DNA of 64,000 bases from Squalus acanthias (taxonomy: Eukaryota): assembly GCA_030390025.1 (NCBI GenBank), contig CM059432.1, positions 53,570,001 to 53,634,000 of the forward strand, given 5' to 3'. The translations under genes and the position numbers were made by a program. This document shows, in pieces, positions 37,006-47,965 of the stretch. The notes below the pieces were generated by a model. That model was given only the letters and a program-made list of their open reading frames with translations. It searched no databases and was not told the DNA's origin. The stretch's first letter is position 1, and each line of letters begins with the position of its first letter.

Positions 37006-38269
37006 CTAACTAAATCGTGCCATTATGAGGCCATCCCGGGCCTCCCGGGCAGCAATGTGCGCCGCTGCTGGTGCCATGTCCACTTCAGGTTCCTCCTCCT
37101 CATCCGAAGTGGCTTTGCGCTCTGTGCCTTGCTCTTCCTGTATCTCCAATCCTCGCTGCTGCGATATGCTGCGCAGAGCGCAGCATTTGACGATCATTCT
37201 GGAGACCCTGGTGGTGCGTATTTTTTTTTTTTATCCGTTTATGGGATGTGGACGTCGCTAGCAAGGCCAGCATTTATTGCCCATCCCTATTGTAGGGCTC
37301 CTCCAGATCTGTCCAGGCATCTGAAACGCATCTTCAGCATCCCAATTGCTTGCTCTATTACACATCTCGTCATCATCTGGCTTTGATTGTAGCACTCTTT
37401 GGCCTCATTGCTTGGCCTCCTTAAGGATGTCATCAGCCACGTCTTCAATGGCTGCCCCTTGTCATCAAGCAGCCGGTCGGTACGTCTAGTCAGAGGTGCA
37501 AAGAGCTGAGGGAGGGTGGACTGGCGCAGGATCAATGAATCATGACAGCTCCCTGGGAATCTGGCACACACATGCATGATGATCTGTTTGTGGTTGCAGA
37601 TTGCACATTGATGGAGTCGAAGCCCTTTTGGTTCATGAACAGTCCTGGGTGATCTGGGGGTGCCTTGATGGGGACATGTGTGCAGTCAGTGATGCCCTGC
37701 ACCTGGGAGAAGCCAGCCAGAGCCGCAAAGCTGAGCGCCCACTCACTCTGACTGGCTTCATCAGTGGCTAAGCATACATAAGTACCTGACTTGTCAAACA
37801 TGGCATCGGTCACCTTGGTGATGCATTTGTGGGTGGCCAACTGCGAGAACCTGCAAATGTCTGCTGCAGATCCCTGGAAAGAGCCTGAGGCGGAGAAGTT
37901 GAGGGTGGTGGTGACTTTGATAGCCACTGGCAAGGTGTGTCCACCAGGTCCACTTGGCAGCAGGTCTTCTTCCAGCAGGCTACAAATGTCTGCTACAACC
38001 TGACGTGATAGCCTGAGCTTCCTGAGGCACTGGTGTTCAGTCATGTCCAGGAAGCTGATCCTCTGCCTATATACCCTGTGTTGTGGGTATTGCCTCCTGC
38101 GAGGTGCACCCCTGTGCTCATCCCCTCTCTCCTGAGGAGCGGCAGATCGGTGAGGAGAAGGCTGCTGCTGCTCCTGTTGGTTTTGCTGGTGTTGCTGGAG
38201 TTGCTACTGCTGAGAATCATCTTGGTCCAAATCTGAGGTCCAAGATGAAACAGCATAAGCAGCACCCAT
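37006..38269 (-). pseudogene. Harbinger DDE transposase of element H
   Basis: ORF fragments 37532-38044, 37287-37577 and 37006-37197 carry consecutive HARBI1-type motifs. Confidence 0.88.
37223..37287 (-). mobile_element. Extremely truncated 3' tail of the APE-RT LINE family, inserted in the transposase
   Basis: Matches 42558-42620. TSD TATT (37219-37222, 37288-37291). Confidence 0.8.
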
Positions 38270-38799
38270 GCTGATCTGATATATGCCAAGTAACGTGGAG
38301 ATCAGAGGCACAATCCTCTAATGTAGTGACAGTGACTTCCAATGTAGTGAGAGTGACTTACAAAGTTGTAGAAATCACCTGCAAACTCTCAGCACAAATG
38401 GTGTCAGCAAGAGCCTTTCCTTTAAGCAATGAAGCAGGTGTGAGGCGTGAGTATTTATGTGATTTTTTTAACTGTCATTTGTTCAACTCCCACAATTGCC
38501 GCTGTGCTCTCGCCTTGCTTTCACTGGCGAGGTTCAGCAAGCCCGGGAATCCAGCCAGTAAAAGCTGCAACATCAGGTAACAAAAGGCCATTAATAGCCT
38601 CTTAACGAGCCCTAGACTGCTTTAATTAGGTCACCCGCCTCTCCCGAGGAGGTCTCTGGTGTGCTGACTAATGCGCCCGAGTTAAAGGCAGAAGCTGGCG
38701 GGTTGAAGCCGGCTTCCCAACGTGCTGTCAATTTCAGCGCTTTTAACTGCCCACCCGCTCGCAAACCCGCACACTCTACAAAGTAAAAATTCAGCCTGA

Positions 38800-39721
38800 T
38801 GTGTCTTCTTCTCCTCCATAATGCTCCTCCACAAATTCAGGGACAGGCTGGCCTGCTTGTAGTTCTTGGGTATCTGAAAGCAGAAAGGCACAAGGGTTGG
38901 GTTGTGGTGAGGCGAGTGGGGGAATGCAAGATATCCATGCATACACCATCAGCAGCTTGTAAGTGAGAAGTGATTGTGAAATGAGGAGGAATTGGGATAT
39001 GAGAAGAAGGATTAGGTATGATCATACTGTCATTATCAGCAACGGCTTCAACTTCTCCGGTGGCCACGGCATCCATCACTGCCCCTCCAATGATGTCAAG
39101 CACTGATTCCTCCAGATCAGTGAGGTTCTGTATTGCAGCTTGGCCACCTCCCATCTGCCGCTGCTCCTTCCTGTTATGTACCATCTTTGCCTGCAAGAGA
39201 AAGGGAAGTGTGTCAGTGAATATAGTGCAATGTGTTTAGGTGATGTGCCTGCCATAGTTGAATAGCTGTCAGTGTGTGAGATGTACAAGGTGTGAGATGT
39301 GGGTGTGAGTGTTGCAGCAGAGGTAAGGTTGTGAGGGTGAAGTGAAGCCATGATTGTGAGGTATGAGTGGTGATAGCTAGAGATTGTTGGTAGGTGAGTG
39401 ATGGGCAGAGGGAGGTGGTGCATTGAGCAGTGTGTGAGATTTGTGGTGCAGATAGTGGAATATGGAATTTGCTGATGCCTTCATTCACCTTGACCTTCTG
39501 TGAGGTCATTAAGCTTCTTTTGGCCCTGGATCCAAGTCCTTGGGACCACACTGGTGGCTATGAGGGAGCTATCTCCTCCCACAGCCTTCTGCAAGTGGCC
39601 TTGGATGGCCTTCAGCCACCCTACGGAACAGGACAGCTTGACTTCGTTGCACAACCACGAACAAGGCCTCCAGTGCAGCATCCGAACATTTTCATGTTTT
39701 CTCCCTTAGTTACTGAGCCAT
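38800..39721 (-). pseudogene. Harbinger Myb-like gene, exons 1-2 and start of exon 3
   Basis: PRTWIQGQKKLNDLTEGQG|gtgaat and AKMVHNRKEQRQMGGG. Confidence 0.8.
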
Positions 39722-40184
39722 ATCTTTATCCACAATAACAATGAGGTGCTTCTGCAACAAAGCACCTCCCTTTTAAGTAGTGGAGAGAGACTAGGCCAAA
39801 CATTACTGGCCATTAGTCTGCACCCGATATTGGCCCCCCGTTGAGCGCTAAGCCAATCAGCAGCACGTTTAGCACTGAGATCAGTGCTCCAATCATTATA
39901 ATGAGCAGGCAGCATGAATTTTGCGTGCTGCCTGGACCACTTTGAACGGTTGCAGGCAAAAAGCGCTGGCCCGTGACACTGCCTGTTTTTGGGACTAATC
40001 CAATTTCTTGGCCTAGTTACCTAAATTGCAAGATATTTGGGGGGGGGGGGGAAATCCCTCATTTTTTGTCCCAGCCCTAAAGGTGCAGACTCTTGCTGGC
40101 GGGGGTACAGTTCCACAGAAGCCACAGACCTCCAGTACCTCATCTAAACTGATCAACATTCAAGTGTGAGCCTGGGGAGTTAGT

Positions 40185-40645
40185 CAGCAGGCTGGAAGAT
40201 GCACAGCCAAACCCAGTCCTGTCCTCACCGACTTATACTGGCTCCCCATCCCCCAACACAAAACTAAAGTCTCTGTCCTTGTTTTCAAACCCTCCATGAC
40301 CTCGCCCCATCCTATCTCCACAACTTTCTTGAGCCCTATATACCCCCTACACTCTAAATGCTTCATTCCTCTGACTCCAGTGTTTTGTGTATCTCTCTGT
40401 CTCTTTGCTTCACCATCAAAGGCATGACCTTTAGATGTTTGGGTTCTACTCTTTGGAATTCCCTCCCAAAAGCTTTCCATCTCTCTTTTAAAAACCTCTT
40501 CTAAACCATTTGATCAAGCTTTCAGTCACCCTTCCTAATCTCTCCTTTCCTGGTTTGTTATCCATTTCCCATATGGCTTTCTGTGAAGTGTGTTGGGACA
40601 TTTGTTTGTGTTAGAGCTGCTATATAATTGAAAGTTATTATTGTT
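40185..40645 (+). mobile_element. Old L2 3' fragment
   Basis: PVLTDLYWLP..., tggaattccctccc and an L2-type tail (tatataattgaaagttattattgtt). Confidence 0.65.
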
Positions 40646-41274
40646 CTGCTACCTTGACACGGACTATATAGTTTAGTCTAAGACTATTCTAGTTGAAAGT
40701 AGTAAAATCTGAATAAAATGTAAACACTAAAATGTACATCTAAAAAGGGTGTTGGATGAATGCCCAATACAGGTAAACACAAGATAAACAAAGTTAATGA
40801 AACAATTTCAATTTTTAAAATATAAGAATGATGGTGATCACACTGGAAGAGTTACATTGACCATTTGGGGAAGTATCAATCAAAATAAAACTTGAAGCAA
40901 AAGTGGCGTGTTGATTAATTAGCTAGCAAGTGAAGTCATCTTTGATTTAATCAACTTAGACTTATTATAAAGCACCTAGACAGAAATAATATTATTAAAT
41001 TAAGAAATTAGGTAGAAATCAGCATCAGTAAAAATAAAATCCAGCTAGAATGACCAGCTGAATAAAAACAACTATATAGAATCAGATTGAGCTTTTGATA
41101 GATGTACAAACCACCTACACTGAAAATATACTATTCAGATAGAACATGTTCTTAAATATCCTAAAATCTGCTAAGGTAACAACCAGAGTTCTTGGACAAT
41201 TAGTGCATTTCCATGGAAATCGTCATATGTTCCTCTTATAAAAAATAATTAAAAGGAACATAATTAAATCATTA

Positions 41275-41412
41275 ATACAAAAGCAAAAAATTGCAGATGC
41301 AGGAAATCTGAAATAAAAACAGAAAATGCTGGAAATACTCAGCAGGTGAGGCAGCATCTGTGGAGAGAGAAACAGAGTTAACGTTTCAGGTCGATGACCC
41401 TTCGTCAGAACT
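41275..41412 (-). repeat. Penelope-like terminal repeat copy
   Basis: Same family as 209-411 and 62662-62761. Confidence 0.7.
41376..41412 (-). ncRNA. Minimal type I hammerhead ribozyme motif
   Basis: Minus strand reads AGUU-CUGACGA-AGGGUCAUCGACCU-GAAACGUU-AACU: helix I (AGUU/AACU), CUGANGA core, helix II hairpin, GAAA and palindromic ACGU with a GUU cleavage triplet. Confidence 0.7.
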
Positions 41413-42336
41413 GGGCATCGCATGAGGTGAGTACGTATTCTTTTCGTAGGTCGGCAACGTACTCTGTAGCTACGCCACCGACTGCAATTTTTTGGCCCAT
41501 ATATTCTCAATCAGTTGCCCTCCTTGTGAAGGACTCAGTAGTTCTGGAGCAATCATATTCCCCACAGCATTTTATTATCCCAATCAGTTATTTTACTTAA
41601 CTAAATAAGCAAGAACACACCAATGGTAGCTAATATCTTTGAACCATTTTCCCTGTCCAGATATTTTTTGTTGCCTTCTATCTTCTTCACCTGCTCTCCA
41701 TATGATGGAGCAATAGATTAATGCTTACCCATCCTCTTTAGCTTCAAAAAAACTCCTGAGAACACAATGGATCATGGGGTTTTATTTTAAAAAAGGCTGT
41801 GTAGCTCCACTTCCTTTGCCATCAACCTAACTCTTCCCTGCTAGAGTGACAAAGGTAGTTGTGGGGAGAGGAGAAGAAATACCAAGCAATGAGAAGTTAA
41901 GTAATTTGGAAATGTTAATTTAGAAACTAATTTATAAATGCATCGATAAAATCAAAATATATCAATCAAAATACATATGCAAAGACCAAGAACAAATTGC
42001 ACGCACATCAAAACAAATTAAACCATATAATGCAAATTTTCATTGGATCGGATTAAGTGTGATTTATTGTGGCAACTAAATAGCACATAAAATCCTAACA
42101 AGTGGAAAGAATAATCTACAATCAAAGTGGAGAATACGGTACAGACTATTAACAAGGAGTGTTGAGATGGTCTTATACACCTTACCAGTAAAGGGGGAAG
42201 TAATGGCAGGCCTTGTGGTGCACCCTTCTCCCACCCCCATTAAACTTTGAAAATTAAAAATAAAAACCTTCAGAACTAAATTTAGCTTTATATATTCGCA
42301 AAAGAATTAAGCTGTTTATCTGATTCCGAGATATAT

Positions 42337-42481
42337 GGGGTAGATTTCCATTTCACTGCCTGGGTAGTAATCTGGAAGAGCGGGTCTCCCACTCATTATA
42401 GAAGATGCCCGATTTTAATTCCTTTGACTAGTCCGCTGCACTAGATTACCACCCCAGATGGTGAAGATGAAAATCTACCCC
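42337..42481. mobile_element. 145-bp MITE
   Basis: TIRs GGGGTAGATTT / AAATCTACCCC. TSD ambiguous (TA, or TAT/CAT). Confidence 0.65.
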
Positions 42482-42557
42482 ATACTTCTAAATTATTTAA
42501 TTTTGGCATTGGAAATGATCCAGTGATTTCCATTACTGAAAACTGCACAACTTATCT

Positions 42558-45500
42558 TTTTTTTAATTCGTTTATGGGATGTGGGTGTCACTGGCAAGGG
42601 CAGCATTTATTGCCCATCCCTAATTGCCCTTGAGAAGGTGGTGGTGAGCCGTCTTCTTGAACCGCTGCAGTCCGTGTGGTGAAGGTACTCCCACAGTACT
42701 GTTAGGGAGGGAGTTCCAGGATTTTGACCCAGTGACGATGAAGGATCGACAATATACTTCTAAGTCAGGATGGTGTGTAAGTTGGAGGGGAACTTGGAGG
42801 TGGTGGTGTTCCCATGCGCCTGCTGCCCTTGTCCTTCTAGGTGGAAGGGGTCGCAGGTTTGGGAGGTGCTGCCGAAGAAGCCTTGGCAAGTTGCTGCAGT
42901 GCATCTTGTAGATGGTACACACTGCAGCTACGGTACGCCGGTGGTGGAGGGTATGAATGTTTAAGGTGGTGGATGGGGTGCCAATCAAGCGGGCTGCTTT
43001 GTCCTGGATGGTGTCGAGCTTCTTGAGTGTTGTTGGAACTGCACTCATCCAGGCAAGTGGAGAGTATTCCATCACACTCCTTACTTGTGCCTTGTAGATG
43101 GTGGAAAGGCTTTGGGGAGTCAGGAGGTGAGACACTCACCACAGAATACCTAGCCTCTGACCTGCTGTTGCTGCCACAGTATTTATGTGGCTGGTCCAGT
43201 TAAGTTTCTGGTCAATGGTGACCCCCAGGATGTTGATGGTGTGGGATTTGGCGATGGTAATGCCATTGAATGTCAAGGGGAGGTGGTTAGACTCTCGCTT
43301 GTTGGAGATAGTCATTGCCTGGCACTTCTGTGGCGCGAATGTTACCTGCCACTTATCAGCCCAAGCCTGAACGTCATCCAAGTCTTGTTGCATGCAGGCA
43401 TGGACTGCTTCATTATCTGAGGAATTGTGAATGGCGCTGAACACTGTGCAGTCATCAGCAAACATTCCCATTTCTGATCTTATGCTGGAGGGAAGGTCAT
43501 TGATAAAGCAGCTGAAGATGGTTGGGCCTAGGACACTTCCCTGAGGAACTCCTGCAGTGATGTCCTGGGGCTGTGATGATTGACCTCAACCACCACAACC
43601 ATCTTCCTTTGTGCTGGGTATGACTCCAACCAGTGGAGAGTTTTCCCCCTGATTCCCATTGACTTCAGTTTTACTAGGGCTCCTTGATGCCACACTCAGT
43701 CAAATGCTGCCTTGATGTCAAGGGCAGTCACTCTCACCTCACCTCTGGAATTCAGCTCCTTTGTCCATGTTTGGATCAAGGCTGTACTGAGGTTGGCAGC
43801 CGAGTGGTCTTGGCGGAACCCAAACTGGGCATCTGTGAGCAGTTTATTGGTGAGTAAGTGCCGCTTGATAGCATTTTCGATTACATCTTCCATCACTTTG
43901 CTGATGATTGAGAGCAGACTAATGGGGCGGTAATTGGCCAGGTTGGATTTGTCCTGATTTCTGTGGACAGGACATACCTGGGCAGTTTTCCAGATTGTCG
44001 GATAGATGCCAGTGTTGTAGCTGTACTGGAACAGCTTGGCTAGAGGCACAGCTAGTTCTGGAGCACAAGTCTTCAGCACGATAGCCGGGATGTCGTTGGG
44101 GCCCATAGCCTTTGCTGTATCCAATGCGCTCAGCCGTTGCTTGATATCACGTGGAGTGAATCGAATTGGCTGAAGACTGGCTTCTGTGATGGTGGGGACC
44201 TCAGGAGTAGGCCGATATGGATCATCCACTCGGCACTTCTAGCTGAAGATGGTTTCAAATGCTTCAGCCTTGTCTTTTGCACTCACGTGCTGGGCTCCAC
44301 CATCGTTGAGGATGGGGATATTCATGGAGCCTCCTCCTCCCGTTAGTTGTTTAATGGTCCACCACCATGCACGACTGGATGTGGCAGGACTGCAGAGCTT
44401 TGATCTGATCTGTTGATTGTGGGATCGCTTAGCCCTGTCTATAGCATGCTGCTTCTGCTTTTTAGCATGCATGTAGTCCTGTGTTGCAGCTTCCCCAGGT
44501 TGGCACCGTATTTTTAGGTATGCCTGGTGTTGCTCCTGGCATGCTCTTCTACACTCCTTGTTGAACCAGGGTTGGTCTCCTGGCTTGATGGTAATGGTAG
44601 AATGAGGGATATGCCGGGCCATGAGGTTACAGATTGTGGTGGAATAAAATTCTGCTGCTGCTGATGGCCCACAGTTGCCCAGTTTTGAGCTGCTAGATCT
44701 GTTCTGAATCTATCCCATTTAGCACGGTGGTAGTGCCACACAACACGATGGAAGGTGTCCTCAGTGTGAAGACATGACTTCGTCTCCACAGTGTTCACTG
44801 CATCTGCAACAGGTAGATTGATGAGGATGAGGTCAAGTAGGTTTTTCCCCTCGTGTTGGTTCTCTCAGCACCTGTTGCAGGCCCAGACTGGCAGTTATGT
44901 CCTTCAGGACTCGGCCAGCTCGGTCAGTAGTGGTGCTGCTGAGCCACGCTTGGTGATGGACATTGAAGTCCCCCACTCAGAGTACATTCTGTGCCCTTGC
45001 TACTCTCAGAGCTTCTTCCAAGTGGTGTTCAATATGGAGGAGTACTGATTCATCAGCTGAGGGAGGGTGCTAGGTGGTAATCAGCAGGAGGTTTCCTTGC
45101 CAATGCTTGGCCTGAAGCCATGAGACTTCATGGGGTCCGGAGTCAATGTTGAGAACTCCCAGAGCCACTCCCTCCCGACTGTATACCACTGTGCCACCAC
45201 CCCTGATGGGTCTATTCTGCCGGTGGGACAGGACATATCCAGGGATGGTGATGGAGGAGTTTGGGACATTGCCTGAAAGGTATGATTCTGTGAGTATGAC
45301 TATGTCAGGCTGTTGCTTGACTAGTCTGTGGGACAGCTCTCCCAATTTTGGGACAAGTCCCCAGATGTTGGTGAGGGGGTCTTTGCAGGGTCGACTGGGC
45401 TGGGTGTGCCATTGCCGTGTTCATAGCCGGTGCCAAGGTCGATGCCGTGTGGTCCATCCGGTTTCATTCTTGTTATTGTTTTTTGTAGTGGTTTGTTATA

Positions 45501-45802
45501 ACTGAGTGGCTTGCTAGGTCATTTCAGAGGGCAATTAAGAGTCAACCACATTGCTGTGGGCCTGGAGTCACATATAGTCTAGACCAGGTAAGGACGGCAG
45601 ATTTCCTTCCCTAAAGGACATTAGTGAACCAGATGGGTTTTTATGACAATCTGATAGTTTCATGGTTATCATTACTGATACTAGTAATTATTCCAGATTT
45701 ATTTAATTAACTGAATTTAAATTCCCCAGCTGCCGTGGTGGGATTTGAACTCACATCTCTGGATCATTCGTCCAGGCCAGTGACATTACCACTATGCTAC
45801 CG
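42558..45802 (-). mobile_element. Full-length single-ORF APE-RT LINE with a tRNA-derived 5' head (decayed ORF)
   Basis: TSD TTATCT (42552-42557, 45803-45808). APE start NIWGLVPKLGEL...PDIVILTESYL near 45370, RT motifs and an A-rich tail. Confidence 0.88.
45741..45799 (-). promoter_or_regulatory. Pol III type-2 internal promoter (A and B boxes)
   Basis: A box TAGCATAGTGG (45799-45789) and B box GAGTTCAAATCC (45752-45741). Confidence 0.75.
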
Positions 45803-47858
45803 TTATCTGTGTTGTAAAGGTGTTGAACAGAAAAGTTATTCTCTGTTTCTACTGTTTACTGGTCATATTGCAACAATGTCAAACTCAACACTTAAAGTGT
45901 AGCTGGTTCAATAGGTGACGGATGAACTGGTGGGATCCAGGGGTAGCCTCCAACTGGGACAAAGATGGGCTGTGTGGTGGTTCAGCCTCAGGGGCCACTC
46001 AGGCAATATGGAGCCCATCATACTCCCCGGCACAATATATGGAACGTGGTTTCCATAGAAGATCAGAGATGCCAACAACAGGTTTCTGCACAACCCGTGG
46101 GTTCCTGGGGTCTGGGATGATCGGCAGCCATAGTTTGAGTTCATGGTCTTTGCTGTACAATCGGCCTAAATGCTGTTTCCCAATTGCCCCCTCACAAGGT
46201 GTGTTTACATTAAAGGGGGATGACTAAGTTGGTGCCACCTTGGAGGAGGTGGACAAAATAAAGCATGATTTGTCTTCTCCTGGATATCTTTATCATTGGT
46301 AATAGCATTAAGACATCTGTTTAGATCAGGAAGTACTGTTACACAGCCTGAGGAAGTCAACAAAGCTACAGAATAGCAGGATATTGAAGATTTGAACATC
46401 CGATCAATTATTTAAAACTCAGCTACATTAGTTGGACAAATATAATGACTGGACAAATTGCAAAGCAGTTAAAAGTGAGTCAAATCACAAGTAAGACTAT
46501 CCAAACAGTGGACGGGAACATCAAATAATCAACAAAGCAATGAGTAACTAAATTACCTTTGGGATGAACAGAATGAACTGTAAACACTGAAAAAAGTAAC
46601 AAAATAATAAGCACAAGAAAATAACAAGTGAGCTGCATTGAATTGTCAGCATCCATGACAATTAAGCTTACCTGCAATAAAAATTAAATCAATTACATTT
46701 CTAGCAATATCATGAGGATTTAATACTTTAAGTAAATGGAGGCACGTAAAAGATACAAAATAAAAGAACAAACAAAATCAATTCAAGCTGATAGCAATAT
46801 AACAAATTACAGAAATTGAATCAAATCATAAGGAATGTGATGACTAAAGAAGTGACGATAAATTAAATGGGACTGAATGAATTATCAACAGACCCTGGCT
46901 GAAGTGTAAACAGGTCAACTGAATTAAAACATGTTCAGTCAGTCCCTGCATGAAATCGGAACAAGTTAGATTGTGCAATCAAGAGGACTGCATAGTTCAG
47001 GTATAAATATATATTCCTCAATGGTGAGTCAACCATCAGAAGTGCATCAAAACTATACTTATGAACATACAAAAATGACGGAAAGGAAAAGACCAGCTCG
47101 TCCACCGAGCCCGTCCCACACAGTCATGGTACAACTGAGCATCATGATTCCCAATACGCCCCACCCCCCAAGCAGCCATGTAATCGTTGAGAGAGGCAAA
47201 AAGAAAAAACAGGATACTGAAGTGGTTTTAGAATGGGTGTGCGACTTTATGCGATAAATCACTTGAACTGATTATTAGTTTTTGTGTGTATAAAGTATAT
47301 AAATGCGAAAACAGCCCCAAAAACAACCATAAATAACGCCTTGTTTATCACATGATGCTGTACTCCTACACTTCAAACACTACAATCAGCTGTAATAGCC
47401 TTTCTCATACATCACTCACACATTCCTTCAATGATGTACTATTTCACTTAACGTGTAACTAAAACAGTAAGAAAACAAGTTTCATTAAGTTGAGTAAAAG
47501 GATACAATGGATATGGGATTACCGAATAACTGACTGCAGAGATTTCTCTAATAATATGGCTGTAATGTCAGAAAGGAAGTGAATTTAAGGATAAAGTCAC
47601 CAATGTGGCGCTCCCACCTGGTAGGCACACTCAAAGAGAGAGCAGGTCTGAGATAGAGCTACAATACTGTTGCGCTAATTTTTAGCAGCACTTGGCGTAC
47701 CTGAAAATGAGGTGCCAACCTGGTGAAGTTACAACATGGGACTACATACATGCTAAACAGCAGAAGCTAAGCAATCCCACCACCAATGGATCAGGTCAAA
47801 GCTCTCCAGTTCTTCCATATCTAGTCGCAAATGGTGGTGAACAATTAAGCAACTAATG

Positions 47859-47965
47859 AAAGAAAAGAAAGAAAGACTTGCATTTATATAGCACCTTTCA
47901 CGACCACCTGACATCTCAAAGCGCTTTACAGTCAATGAAGTACTTTTGAAGTGGGGTCACTGTTG
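47859..47965 (-). mobile_element. DeuSINE 3' fragment inserted in the LINE
   Basis: (AAAG)n tail and TAATG on both flanks. Near-identical to 26552-26663. Confidence 0.75.

Larger units (their letters stand above)
31940..38797. mobile_element. Harbinger element H nested in G (Myb 3' part + ~31940-32700; transposase - 37006-38269; terminus ~38797)
   Basis: The 247-aa ORF is homologous to Myb exon 3 of elements E and J. Transposase motifs [19 protein letters not shown] and [17 protein letters not shown]. End AAAATTCAGCCT. Confidence 0.75.
29374..40014. mobile_element. Harbinger element G, expanded by nested insertions
   Basis: Ends GGGCCTAGAAATTCGG / rc AGGCCAAGAAATTGGA. Transposase is on + and the Myb gene on - is split between 31157-31795 and 38800-39721. 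Joining of the two halves is inferred and the TSD is not clean. Confidence 0.65.

Noticed and set aside
40740..42200. Penelope RT/GIY-YIG remnants around the hammerhead repeat, and a similar LDIFI..SIKTSV.RK stretch at ~46270-46350
   Set aside because: Only faint motif echoes in AT-rich sequence with many stops. Cannot be distinguished from chance by eye.
45720..45802. Functional tRNA gene
   Set aside because: A and B boxes are present but there is no complete cloverleaf or terminator. It is the head of a retroelement.
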